Shown piece by piece: positions 27,753 to 37,751 of a stretch of 64,000 nucleotides of DNA. The position numbers and the translations under genes are program-made. This stretch comes from Bacteroidales bacterium UBA1197. GTDB lineage: Bacteria; Bacteroidota; Bacteroidia; Bacteroidales; UBA932. The stretch spans positions 678-64,677 of the forward strand of contig DBYB01000051.1 in NCBI GenBank assembly GCA_002309995.1, given 5' to 3'. Under the pieces are notes generated by a model. That model was given only the letters and a program-made list of their open reading frames with translations, was not told the origin of the DNA and ran no database searches. Each line of letters opens with the position of its first letter. The first letter of the stretch is position 1.

Positions 27753-28786
27753 ATCTCTGAACCGAAAATTTTCCATCCGTGCGCTCCGCCGTCCGTGAAG
27801 AGGAACGGCAGCACGTAGCCATCCAGGGCCTCAAGAGCCTCCTCCACCGCCTTCTTGCGGCCGGGCTCCACAAAGAACATAATGAAACCACCGCCGCCCG
27901 CGCCGCTCACCTTGCCGGCCAGCGCTCCCGCCTCCACAGCCACGTCGAACGCCTTCTGTATGGTGGGATTGGTGATGCCGTCCGCCAGTTTCTTCTTGTT
28001 CTCCCAACTGCGCGCCATAATGGCGGCGAACTCCCGCATATCGCCCTTGAGCAGCGCCGCCTTCATATCAATGGCGCTCTGCTTGATCAGGTGCATCGCC
28101 TCGATGGTAGTCTGCTTGCCGGAAGAAGTATTCCTGCACTCCTCGTCGATGATCTTCGCGCTGCTCCTCGAGCGGCCCGTAAAATACAGCAGCAGGCTCG
28201 ACTCCAGTTCGTCCACTATCCACCGCTTCACCTTCAGGGGATTCACCGTCACCCTGTCGTCGGAATGGAACTCCATAAAATTGAATCCGCCGAACGCGGC
28301 CGCGTACTGATCCTGCTTTCCGCCTGAGAGTCCGAGGTCCTTGCGCTCGATCTCGTAGGCCAGGTGCGCCATCTCATAATCCCCCAGGGGCAGCGAGAGC
28401 CATTCCGCGAAAGCCTTGAGCACGCACACCACCATAGTGCTGGAGGTGCCGAGGCCGGAGCCTGCGGGAGCGTCGTTCCAGGTGGTGATGCGGCAGGCCC
28501 GGGGGGTGATGCCAAAGTCGCGGACCACGCGGTTGAACACTCCCTTCACGAGAGGCGCTCCGCCGTCAACCGGCAACTGCTGTCCGACAGGATACACTAG
28601 TTCGCAGTTGTCGTCGTAGGAGCAGATGCCGATCTGCCCGTCCGACGCCTCCTCAATGATGCAGTATGCGTAGAGGTTGATCGTGGCGTTGAGTACCAGT
28701 CCTCCGTAGATGTCGCTGTACGGAGAGACGTCGCTTCCGCCGCCGGCCAGGCCGAGCCGCAGGGGGGCTTTGCTTCTGATTGTCAT
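27749..28786 (-). CDS. hddA: D-glycero-alpha-D-manno-heptose-7-phosphate kinase (GHMP)
   Basis: APLRLGLAGGGSD, PAGSGLGTSS, GKQDQYAAAFGG and GKVSGAGGGG motifs. Confidence 0.9.
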   Translation of the reverse strand: MTIRSKAPLRLGLAGGGSDVSPYSDIYGGLVLNATINLYAYCIIEEASDGQIGICSYDDNCELVYPVGQQLPVDGGAPLVKGVFNRVVRDFGITPRACRITTWNDAPAGSGLGTSSTMVVCVLKAFAEWLSLPLGDYEMAHLAYEIERKDLGLSGGKQDQYAAAFGGFNFMEFHSDDRVTVNPLKVKRWIVDELESSLLLYFTGRSRSSAKIIDEECRNTSSGKQTTIEAMHLIKQSAIDMKAALLKGDMREFAAIMARSWENKKKLADGITNPTIQKAFDVAVEAGALAGKVSGAGGGGFIMFFVEPGRKKAVEEALEALDGYVLPFLFTDGGAHGWKIFGSEI

Positions 28787-30216
28787 CTGCCTTTTCCTAC
28801 AATAAAGTATTTGACCGAAAGGGTTGCGCCGAAGCAGCGCGGGAGGGCGTCGCCCTCATCGAGGTACACCGCCGGGATTATCTTCAGCGCACCGCCGAGG
28901 AGCGGAAATTCCGTAGTGAGTACGGAAGAGAACTGACGCAGAGGCTCCTCGAAGCGGCTTCCGCTGTCGTATGCGAAATTCTCCGAGAACCAGCATCCGT
29001 AGTTATTGCTCCAGGTGAGCATCAGCTTCCAGGGGAATTTACGGAACAGGCTGCCGGAGAAGGCCGCGTGATGGGCCGTGAGCAGGTTGTTCCAGGTACC
29101 CATTCCGCTGGGACGCGTAAAGAACAGCGGGCTGCCTATCTGGCGGGCGAAGTGAGTCCAGCCCGACTTGTATTCGTAATTGTTGCAATAGTTGTCGGCC
29201 CCGCCGGCAATGTAATACCAGGGTTTGTCTTCGCTCTCGCGCCACACGTGGGGATTCCCGGAGGCAACCTCCTCGTCCGTTGCCAGACGCCGCTCGTAAG
29301 GGCCGGACTGCCACATCGTATAGTGGAACTCGTACACCACGTCGCTGAGCCAGCGGGTCTTGTCGTCGAAGGAAATATTGAGGGTTCGGACAGCATCCGG
29401 ATAATTATAATACTGAATGCTCGACTTGTCTTCGTACGGCTTGTCGAACTGGTAGCCGGCGCTCCAGCCGTCGCCCTTCCAGTCGAAGCGAACCATACCG
29501 CGGCCCCTGTGGTCGCCCAGGGCATTCTGCTGATCGCCGCCGGGCGAATCTTCCTTGCCGGCGCGTCCCGTAAGTATCCTGAAATAATTGGAAAGGCTGA
29601 TGGTCTGCGGGCCGAACTCCGGGCTGTCGCCGCCCCACATCGTATAATGGTCCAGTCCGAAAGTAAGGCTGAAGCGCTTGCCGGCATTCCAGCGCAGGCA
29701 CGCCTCGGTATTGTGGATCAGCGCGCCCTTCACGTATCGCTCATCTATCGTCCTGTAGTCCCCGAAGCGCCCGAAAATCTGCAGCTTGCCCTTGGTAAAC
29801 GGCACGTTCCAGGGCTCCAGCGTGAGCGAATATCCCGGAATACTGCGTGCGTTGCCGGACTGAACTACGTTGCCGCCCGTAACGGACATCGTCCCCAGAT
29901 CGCGGCTCGCAGCCATATACTTGAGTTCCGGATGCCACAGGCCCACGTCGAGCCGCAGCTGCTTCCAGCGCACGCCGGCGTAGAGCTCGTCCGGCAGGAA
30001 CACGGTGCCGGCCGCATCAGCCTTGAGCCCTGCAGACGCTCCCCAGTGCCACTGGAAGGTCTTGCTCTCGTCGAACGGCATACCAGTCTGCAGGAGAGCG
30101 AGGCCCCCGCTGCTGTCCGGCATTATGCCGAACTGGTTCGCACCGGCATAGAAAGGCATAGCGGAGCCTGAAGACAGCCCGCCGAGGAGCATCAGGGACA
30201 CAAAGAACTCGTTCAT
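28783..30216 (-). CDS. Capsule assembly Wzi-family outer-membrane protein
   Basis: SGNARSIP, WGG and NALGDH motifs; beta-barrel composition; capsule locus context. Confidence 0.7.
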   Translation of the reverse strand: MNEFFVSLMLLGGLSSGSAMPFYAGANQFGIMPDSSGGLALLQTGMPFDESKTFQWHWGASAGLKADAAGTVFLPDELYAGVRWKQLRLDVGLWHPELKYMAASRDLGTMSVTGGNVVQSGNARSIPGYSLTLEPWNVPFTKGKLQIFGRFGDYRTIDERYVKGALIHNTEACLRWNAGKRFSLTFGLDHYTMWGGDSPEFGPQTISLSNYFRILTGRAGKEDSPGGDQQNALGDHRGRGMVRFDWKGDGWSAGYQFDKPYEDKSSIQYYNYPDAVRTLNISFDDKTRWLSDVVYEFHYTMWQSGPYERRLATDEEVASGNPHVWRESEDKPWYYIAGGADNYCNNYEYKSGWTHFARQIGSPLFFTRPSGMGTWNNLLTAHHAAFSGSLFRKFPWKLMLTWSNNYGCWFSENFAYDSGSRFEEPLRQFSSVLTTEFPLLGGALKIIPAVYLDEGDALPRCFGATLSVKYFIVGKGR

Positions 30217-31295
30217 CTTCCTTTATATAAATAGCCGTTGCGGCGGCGCCAGAAATACTGCCACACCATAAAGGGGGCCATCCACAGCACCTCCGAAGGA
30301 TAATGGGCCAGGTACCTGAGCCCACGGCCGAACTTGCGTTTGCCGTGGGCCACTACGCCTTCTCCCTTTTCGTGCGCGTTCCTGGGATCGAGCCTGCCGA
30401 AGTTGCCCGACTGCAGCACCTCGTCCAGCAGGAAACTGCCCTCGCGGGCGTCCGCCGGGAAGAGGCAGAAGCTGTCCTCCATACAGAACACCTGCTGCAG
30501 CAGGTACATCACGGACGCCGCAAAGCGGTCCAGCTTCAGCTTGCGCAAATCGGCGCGTACCTTTTCACGCTGGCCATCATCCAGCACCTTGAGTACATAG
30601 TAATAATCCAGCAGCTGGCGCAGGCCTATTCCCTCTTCAAGCACGTGCCGGTAGATATGAATGAGCATATAGACGGCATCAAAGGGGGTCGTCGTCACGC
30701 AGAAGCCGAGTTCCGGGTTGAAGTTGGAGAACTGGCCGTCGGCTTCGGAGTCGAACCAGCGCTGGAGCCGGCGGTTGGCCAGCGGCGCATTCATCCAGGA
30801 CGGCATAAAATGCACCTCCACGCCCATATTCTGGACGAGTTCGGCGTCGCAGTGATGATATACTATCTTGCCCAACTTGCACACTGAACGCAGATAATCC
30901 ACCACCTTGCGCCTGTCGCCCTCAACCCACAGGTCGATATCGCCGCTGTGGCGCCTCGACGGGTCGGGATATCGCAGGGCGGCGCTCTGTCCCTTGAGCA
31001 CGCAGGACCGGAAGCCAGCGGCGGAGAACCTCTCGTTCAGGGATCGGCACTGCTCGATCTGGGCTTCGTTGCGCTTGGCGATTTTCATAGCGATCATCGC
31101 CCACCTGGAATAGACTCCCAGAGGGACTTCGGTCTCGTCGTGCAGCCTGTCGATTACGGGGAAAGTGATTCCCAGCAGGCTATGCTTGGCCACGGCGGCA
31201 TACAGGGCCTCCCATTCCGGGCGGTCCTGCGGCATCCGGCTCAGCGACTCGCGCCGGCCAATCGCCATCTGAATCAACTCGAAGAAGATGTCCAT
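30213..31295 (-). CDS. Uncharacterised nucleotidyltransferase (NTP_transf_5-like)
   Basis: VLKGQ...RHSGDIDLW, VEVH, GIGLRQLLD and GNFG motifs. Confidence 0.8.
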   Translation of the reverse strand: MDIFFELIQMAIGRRESLSRMPQDRPEWEALYAAVAKHSLLGITFPVIDRLHDETEVPLGVYSRWAMIAMKIAKRNEAQIEQCRSLNERFSAAGFRSCVLKGQSAALRYPDPSRRHSGDIDLWVEGDRRKVVDYLRSVCKLGKIVYHHCDAELVQNMGVEVHFMPSWMNAPLANRRLQRWFDSEADGQFSNFNPELGFCVTTTPFDAVYMLIHIYRHVLEEGIGLRQLLDYYYVLKVLDDGQREKVRADLRKLKLDRFAASVMYLLQQVFCMEDSFCLFPADAREGSFLLDEVLQSGNFGRLDPRNAHEKGEGVVAHGKRKFGRGLRYLAHYPSEVLWMAPFMVWQYFWRRRNGYLYKGR

Positions 31296-31296
31296 C

Positions 31297-32667
31297 CTAA
31301 TATGCCTGCTTGTCGCCGCCTAGTATCTGGGCGATGGTCATAAAGATGATTCTGACGTCGAGCGCCAGAGACCAGTGCTCGATGTACCAGATGTCGTAAC
31401 GGACTCGGTCGGCCATAGCCTCGGTAGTCTTGGTCTCTCCCCTGCAGCCGTTCACCTGCGCCCACCCGGTCAGGCCGGGCTTGACCATATGGCGCACGAG
31501 GTACTCATCCACAAGCTTGGTATAAATCTCGGTGTGCAGTTCCATATGGGGACGGGGGCCGATGAGCGACATATCGCCCAGCAGCACGTTGATGAACTGA
31601 GGCAGCTCGTCGATGGAAGTACGGCGCAGGAAGTCTCCGAACTTGGTCTTCCTGGGGTCGTCGGCGGTGGCCTGCAGCTTGTCGGCATCGGCGTTCACCT
31701 TCATCGAGCGGAACTTGTACATCGTGAACGGGCGTCCCTTGTAGCCGGTGCGCTTCTGCTTGAAGAGTATGGGCCCGGGCGAACTGATGGTCGTGCCAAT
31801 CGCCACAAAGCACCATATAATCGGATACAGGGTAACCAGGAAGAGGAGGCTGACGATTATGTCGAACAGGCGCTTGATGGCAGCGTTAAGCGGATTCGCC
31901 AGCGGCTCGTCACGAAGTTTGATTACGGTGAAGGGGCCCAGCTCGCTGAAGGTCTTGGACCTGTGCAGGTATCCTTCCATATTGGGCACATAGAAGAAGT
32001 CGATGAACAGGTTCTCGCAGCTGAGGATGATGCTGTTGACGATTTCCGACTTGAGAGCCGGATTGAGGCTGCAGTACACCTGATGCACCTTGTTGTTCTC
32101 CAGGTACTCCTTGATGGCATCCAGGTCCTCGCCGAATGTGGCCACGAGCTTGTAATCGGCATACTCGCGGTCGTCGCGCAGCATATTGGCCATACGGCCG
32201 GCATCCTCGTTGTCGCCCACTATCACCACGTGTATCTTGTTGCGACCCTGCTTCCTCGCAGCCACGATGACCGCCCGGAACAGCAGGTGCCACACGCTGA
32301 TGAGCACCCCGGCAAGCATCCCCTCGTACATCAGGAAATGACCTGCGAAACTGTGGAACAACACATTGATGGACGCCGCCAGCACACCTATGGTAATCAG
32401 GCACTGGAAAAACGTCCGCATCACTATCGTCTTCCAGGTGAATCCCCGTTCGTATATCCTCACCGGCACTATCACCATCGCGATGATGAAGCCCACGATA
32501 AGGAAATACAGCGAGCGCGGACGCATCAGGATATAATCCATGGGGTCCGTAAACTGGAACACCTTCAGCAGCCACTCGAACACTCCGATGTGGATCCCCA
32601 GATCCACCACCATCGCCGGCACGCTGAAATAAAAGAACTCCTTGATATTGAATGTCCTGAGGTTCAT
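31297..32667 (-). CDS. Undecaprenyl-phosphate sugar phosphotransferase (WcaJ-like priming GT)
   Basis: KRLFDI, FKQKRTG, KFRSM, SIDELPQ, GPRP and KPGLTGWAQV motifs. Confidence 0.93.
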   Translation of the reverse strand: MNLRTFNIKEFFYFSVPAMVVDLGIHIGVFEWLLKVFQFTDPMDYILMRPRSLYFLIVGFIIAMVIVPVRIYERGFTWKTIVMRTFFQCLITIGVLAASINVLFHSFAGHFLMYEGMLAGVLISVWHLLFRAVIVAARKQGRNKIHVVIVGDNEDAGRMANMLRDDREYADYKLVATFGEDLDAIKEYLENNKVHQVYCSLNPALKSEIVNSIILSCENLFIDFFYVPNMEGYLHRSKTFSELGPFTVIKLRDEPLANPLNAAIKRLFDIIVSLLFLVTLYPIIWCFVAIGTTISSPGPILFKQKRTGYKGRPFTMYKFRSMKVNADADKLQATADDPRKTKFGDFLRRTSIDELPQFINVLLGDMSLIGPRPHMELHTEIYTKLVDEYLVRHMVKPGLTGWAQVNGCRGETKTTEAMADRVRYDIWYIEHWSLALDVRIIFMTIAQILGGDKQAY

Positions 32668-32668
32668 A

Positions 32669-33754
32669 TTACTTTGTGCGTTGACTTAATTCATATACAT
32701 TCTTCACTTGCCATGCGATATGGTCCCAGTCATACTTGGACATATCATATTCAGGAGCCGTGGTGTCTGCAAGCTGCGAAATCAGGGACGCCCGTAGTTG
32801 AGCCGTATCCCCACAATGGAAATAACATTCTGAAGGAAGACCGACTTCCAGATTAGCAGGTATATCGCTCACCAGCACCTTGCTTCCGTAACTCATAGCT
32901 TCAAGGAGCGCAATCGGCAGACCCTCGTGTGAAGAAGGGAGCACATAGCAAGCAGCGTGGGTCAGAAGAGAATGCAGTTTCCGGCCCCGGATAAAGCCCG
33001 TCAGGACGGCACCGGCCTCTTTAGCATCAGCCTTGAGCTTTCGGGAATAGTCGTCCTCGAAATCGGCATCACCGGCCAGAACGAGCTTATATCCCTCTAT
33101 CCCCTTGAATGCCTCAACCAAATCGTGAAGCCGCTTTTCCGGAACGAACCGGCACATACCCAGAACATACTTTGCGGGTTCGATGCCCAGTTCGCTGAAA
33201 TACTCGGGATAATCGCAGACTTCCGGAGAAGGAACTCCATTATATATAAGGTGAACTCGGTCGGTACGTCCGTATTTCTGCTTGATGATGTTGCGGATTA
33301 CATCCGAAATGACTATCACGTCGTCTGAATACCGGACTCCGAGACGTTCCCCAAGGCGAAGCATAAACTTGGCCATACGGCCCCATTTCTCACGATCATA
33401 ATCAGGCCCGTGATGGGTAAAGACTACCTTGAGGCCGCGCAGTTTTGCATATGGGGCGATCAACGCCGGACCGACTGCGTTTATATGAATGATATCCGCG
33501 TGCTCCCTGGCCGCAAAGTTCACGGCGCGGAAAGTATGGATTATCGCCTCAAACGCCTTCTTGCGAGGGGAAGGAATATCCTTGATCTTAACGCCTTCCC
33601 ATTCGGTCAACTTATCGTTGGCATAAGACGCACGCCTGACTACGGTTACATCTATGCCGTCTTTGGCAAGCCTGGGGCACAGATTCTCGCAATGCGTCTC
33701 CACGCCGCCCATTATGTTGGGTATTCCCCTGGTTCCGGTAACTACGACTTTCAT
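32669..33754 (-). CDS. GT4 glycosyltransferase
   Basis: GTRGIPNIMGGVE, RFVPEK and EGLPIALLEA motifs. Confidence 0.9.
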   Translation of the reverse strand: MKVVVTGTRGIPNIMGGVETHCENLCPRLAKDGIDVTVVRRASYANDKLTEWEGVKIKDIPSPRKKAFEAIIHTFRAVNFAAREHADIIHINAVGPALIAPYAKLRGLKVVFTHHGPDYDREKWGRMAKFMLRLGERLGVRYSDDVIVISDVIRNIIKQKYGRTDRVHLIYNGVPSPEVCDYPEYFSELGIEPAKYVLGMCRFVPEKRLHDLVEAFKGIEGYKLVLAGDADFEDDYSRKLKADAKEAGAVLTGFIRGRKLHSLLTHAACYVLPSSHEGLPIALLEAMSYGSKVLVSDIPANLEVGLPSECYFHCGDTAQLRASLISQLADTTAPEYDMSKYDWDHIAWQVKNVYELSQRTK

Positions 33755-34842
33755 TTCTTCAGGCCGTCATTAGCGGTTGCTCCCATATCGCAGGTGGAAA
33801 GTGCATCCAGCTGATCTTTGGTAACCTTTCCATCGCGATAATCACGTACGGCCGGAATCTCGTACATCGAATACTTCTTGCCGGGCTTCAGTTTATGACG
33901 CATCACCCACCAAGCTGGATTCCAGATATACTTGTGCATTGCGGGGCTTACCGAGCCTATCATCCAGCACTGCCTGTCGCAGTGGCGAACGGCCTTGCGT
34001 ACATTTTCAGCCTCGGGGCTGCTCCAGAGTTCATCCCAACCCTGACGGTTAAGATTGCCCATCACCAGCTTGTCCTTGGTGCCATTGCAAGGCATCACAT
34101 CGCCATACGGATCGATAAAGAAAGTATCGAAGCTCATATCGCAGGGCAGCAGACGCGGCTGACCGTAGATGTAATTGATGAGTCCGTGGTTGAAATAGGC
34201 ACGGAACCACTTCTTGGGGCTGTTGGACTTAAGCAGTTCGTTTACCAGATTCTCGAAGTTCTGTGCCACCATAGGGCGGTCGTGGATGATATTCTTCGCC
34301 TCGACGAAGTAGAAACTATTGTGCAGACTTGCCGTCGCAAACTCCATTCCCATCTCCTCACTTATCTTATAGAGAGGCACAAGGTCGGGTGCGTTCTTAT
34401 CCTGTACGGTCATACCGAACCCAACATCTTTCATACCCATCTCGCGCAGCTTCTTAAGCGTCTGATATCCCCTCTGGTAGCCATTCTCCAGACCCCGTAT
34501 CTCATTATTGGTCTGTTCCAGTCCCTCGATGCTGATACGTATGCCAATCTGCGGGAACTCCTTGCACAGGTCGATGATGCGGTCTGTAAAGTAACCGTTA
34601 GTGCTTATGACGATACGGTCAGAGAGCTTGTACAGTTCGCGCACTATGTCTTTCAGGTCTTCACGTATGAACGGCTCCCCTCCCGTAATATTGGTAAAAT
34701 ACATTTTGGGCAGCTTCTTTATCGTCTCCACGGAGATTTCATCCTCCGGGCGCGACGGCGCCTTGTACCTGTTGCACATCGTACAACGGGCATTGCAGCG
34801 ATATGTTACGATTACCGTTCCGTTGAGTTTCTTAGCTTTCAC
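33751..34842 (-). CDS. Radical SAM protein with Twitch/SPASM domain
   Basis: CNARCTMC, GGEP, PCDMSFDTFFIDPYGDVMPC and CDRQC motifs. Confidence 0.9.
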   Translation of the reverse strand: MKAKKLNGTVIVTYRCNARCTMCNRYKAPSRPEDEISVETIKKLPKMYFTNITGGEPFIREDLKDIVRELYKLSDRIVISTNGYFTDRIIDLCKEFPQIGIRISIEGLEQTNNEIRGLENGYQRGYQTLKKLREMGMKDVGFGMTVQDKNAPDLVPLYKISEEMGMEFATASLHNSFYFVEAKNIIHDRPMVAQNFENLVNELLKSNSPKKWFRAYFNHGLINYIYGQPRLLPCDMSFDTFFIDPYGDVMPCNGTKDKLVMGNLNRQGWDELWSSPEAENVRKAVRHCDRQCWMIGSVSPAMHKYIWNPAWWVMRHKLKPGKKYSMYEIPAVRDYRDGKVTKDQLDALSTCDMGATANDGLKK

Positions 34843-35914
34843 TATAATGATTGGTTTTTGGGGCTCTTATCAGTTTTACGAGCGGAGCGTCGATTAAATG
34901 TGTAAAATATGCGAGAACAATAGTGATGGCAAAAGAGATTAAGATAAAAAGGCCACTGCTTATTTCCGGGAATATGTAACCGACTAATATGTACGTAAAA
35001 CGATGAATGAGATATATTTCAAAAGATATTGTTCCTAAGAAACGGCTGACGGCATTCCCGAAAAACCTGCCTTGTGTTAACAAAAACAGGAACACAATAA
35101 TTGCTAAACCGAGAACAACCTTAAGAAGGAATTCCCCCCAGAAAAATACAGGCTTGAACCGCAGGTACGCTAAACCTAATATCAAACATATTATTGCAAA
35201 CAAGATGAGTTTGATGCCTCTCTTGGTGTTCAACCAGCGGCATATCGGCTTAAAGAAATTGTACAGCAAAATGCCCCATATCAAGCCAAAGCGTTCATAA
35301 GGCCAACTCATCTGGGCAGAGTTCTGATTCGAGTAAAAATGAAAATACATGACTAACGAAGACCCTGCCACAAGAGCAATGAGCATAATGTCTCTATAAA
35401 CAGAATACCGCCAATGTAATTTACTGAAGGCAAGGGCAATTACAAAGAACGCCACACAATACTCAAGCAAAGTTAACACATAATCATCCAAGTACCACAA
35501 ATGACGCCATGATGGAGTTCCGCCAGTTATTTCGCTAATGAGGATAATGTCGATAACAGCAAAAACGATAATATTCACTATCAATTGAGGCACTAATAGA
35601 GATGAGAGTCTATTGCGGATGAAATGCTTAAGATAATCCTGACTGCGATTAAGGGACAGATGCATTCCGTAGGCCGAGGTAAGGAAAAACAATGTTACTG
35701 CTACATAAGCAAAACTTCCAACGGCATCTTGAAGCGGATTGACAAAACGGTCCGGGACATGAACCATCATTACGATAATGGCACAGATTCCTTTAAGTAC
35801 CGTAGTGTAGTCTTTGGAATAAAAATAGGTCTCGGAGTCATCCTTCTTGTTCCCATATAGGGCAACAACTCCGAGCGCTATTAGGGGGACTGCGGTAAGG
35901 ATTAGATTTGACAT
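34832..35914 (-). CDS. Acyltransferase 3 family (polysaccharide O-acylation)
   Basis: Polytopic membrane protein; LKG..AIIVMMVH, VTLFFLTSAYG and ISFEIYLIH motifs. AT-rich. Confidence 0.85.
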   Translation of the reverse strand: MSNLILTAVPLIALGVVALYGNKKDDSETYFYSKDYTTVLKGICAIIVMMVHVPDRFVNPLQDAVGSFAYVAVTLFFLTSAYGMHLSLNRSQDYLKHFIRNRLSSLLVPQLIVNIIVFAVIDIILISEITGGTPSWRHLWYLDDYVLTLLEYCVAFFVIALAFSKLHWRYSVYRDIMLIALVAGSSLVMYFHFYSNQNSAQMSWPYERFGLIWGILLYNFFKPICRWLNTKRGIKLILFAIICLILGLAYLRFKPVFFWGEFLLKVVLGLAIIVFLFLLTQGRFFGNAVSRFLGTISFEIYLIHRFTYILVGYIFPEISSGLFILISFAITIVLAYFTHLIDAPLVKLIRAPKTNHYSES

Positions 35915-35933
35915 CTTTTATTAAACTGGCAGA

Positions 35934-36290
35934 TTATGAACACATACGGCAAATGAAGCCCCCATGGCTCCGGGATGAATAATGGGCATGAAACATCTCT
36001 ATTTCATTACGGGACATCCTTTCATAAAAAGCGTCGTCTGAAAGCTTCTCCAGGCACTTGTGCAAATCTTGAATGTCATTATTTATTACGAGAGCCGTAA
36101 CACCATCAACAAGATAATCTTTCAATCCTGAGCATCTGGTCGCAATGATCGGTTTCCCCAGCTGAAGAGCCTGTAAGGCCACAAGCTGACCAGCAGATAT
36201 ATTCGGGTCCTTAATGGGAATAATCACACAAAAAAACGGATCCGGGATATCCGTAGATTTAATGAAAGGGTTATTCGGGCGTTTAATCAT
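35934..36290 (-). pseudogene. Glycosyltransferase C-terminal fragment
   Basis: AGQLVALQALQLGKPIIAT...DYL GT-B C-domain only; preceded by very AT-rich DNA. Confidence 0.6.
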
Positions 36291-36359
36291 AATCCCGGCA
36301 TTAATTATTTCTACAAAATTATGAAATAATAATTATTGTAAAAAAATAATTACGTAAAG

Positions 36360-37751
36360 TTACATCATGTTTAAGCCATTAACGATTACATTAATGTATA
36401 GTTCAGCAATCATTGTATCGATTTCGGATTGATTGCATAACACGAAGCGTGTAGTTTGATCTCCTGTCAATCTACGGTATTCAGTTATTTCCTTATCAAT
36501 GCCGTTCTCGGTTATCCGGATAACATCAGCAGTGCCGACATAATTAGAGAGGATGAAGCTGCCTGGAGTAATGTAACAGACATTGCCGCTCCATTTATGT
36601 GAAGTATAGCGGCCATCATAAGGCATTGTGCAATAGTAATTACCACCTATGAATACATTATCCTCAATAATCATCCCTTTGTCACCCAGAAAATTGTTTC
36701 CAAGGATGTGGCAGTACTTGAATCGTCCGTCAGAATAACCGAATCCCGAGTTTCCGCTGTCCGCGACAACATTATGGCTGAAACGGCAATTGACGAAAAC
36801 CACGTTGTCATCGTTCCTCAAATAATCTTCCCAACCCTCACAGCACGAAACGATTAAATTATCCCTGACCAGAATATTCCTGGGTGTAGCCTGACCCTGA
36901 TCTGAAGCCTGAATCGTTATTCCGCAATCGTAGCAGCGCGAAACCCTGCATTTTTCCACCAGGCAGTCTTCGATGTCCGACGCGACGTAGAACTCTATTC
37001 CGTTGCCATAACAGATGAAAGAATCATCTCCTACTGCCTGCATTCCTCCCATCGCATCAATGTTGCAATTGCGAATCGTAGTATGCGTTCCTGCAGCAAG
37101 GCCGAATCCAAAGCCTTCGAAATCCACTCCGCCCACCGTAGCATTGGCAAGGTACATTGCGGCAATACCGGTAGAAAGCTCCAGATGCATTCGTCTGGGG
37201 TTCCGCGACAAATACAGGTATAAATAATTGAAATCCTCCTCTGTAACCTCCTTCCCATTCTTGTCCGTCTGCCAGATATCCCAATCGTTTTTCAGGTCCT
37301 CGATGTATTGAACTTTTCTGCCGTGAATCAGCCCCTTGTCGTACTCGTGAATACAGCCGACATTGTTCAGAAAAGACGGCTCTGCTACCGTATTGCCGGA
37401 ATAGCGTTTTGTGGTCAGTTTTATCCGCCACACATTTCGGGATACGCGGTTCCACCGCTGGCCGTCTATTCTTTTGTAACCGCTTATTACGGGATTGATT
37501 CCTTCCCCATAACGGGACAGTTCGCGTCCGTACAAACTGACTGAACCATAGAACACATCTCCAGCTTTGAGAAGAATCCGGCTACCTTTTTCAATTGCCG
37601 CACCTATTGTGCAGAGGGGATCCTCCCGGGTCAGTCCGGAATTGGCATCACTTCCGGATGAAGACGAGACGTAAACCGTCGTAGCCCCAACCGGCAACGC
37701 CAACATCAAGGCGAACGCCAGACATATTATTGCTTTAGAGAATATCCTCAT
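36360..37751 (-). CDS. Secreted right-handed beta-helix protein
   Basis: Signal peptide; YVSSSSGSDANSG..P..TI motif; repeated beta-helix rungs (GNGIEFY, DCGITIQ). Confidence 0.7.
   Translation of the reverse strand: MRIFSKAIICLAFALMLALPVGATTVYVSSSSGSDANSGLTREDPLCTIGAAIEKGSRILLKAGDVFYGSVSLYGRELSRYGEGINPVISGYKRIDGQRWNRVSRNVWRIKLTTKRYSGNTVAEPSFLNNVGCIHEYDKGLIHGRKVQYIEDLKNDWDIWQTDKNGKEVTEEDFNYLYLYLSRNPRRMHLELSTGIAAMYLANATVGGVDFEGFGFGLAAGTHTTIRNCNIDAMGGMQAVGDDSFICYGNGIEFYVASDIEDCLVEKCRVSRCYDCGITIQASDQGQATPRNILVRDNLIVSCCEGWEDYLRNDDNVVFVNCRFSHNVVADSGNSGFGYSDGRFKYCHILGNNFLGDKGMIIEDNVFIGGNYYCTMPYDGRYTSHKWSGNVCYITPGSFILSNYVGTADVIRITENGIDKEITEYRRLTGDQTTRFVLCNQSEIDTMIAELYINVIVNGLNMM

Noticed and set aside
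33751-34842. Radical SAM/SPASM enzyme as a RiPP maturase
   Set aside because: No precursor peptide, RRE/PqqD domain or peptide exporter is seen, and the gene overlaps glycosylation genes.
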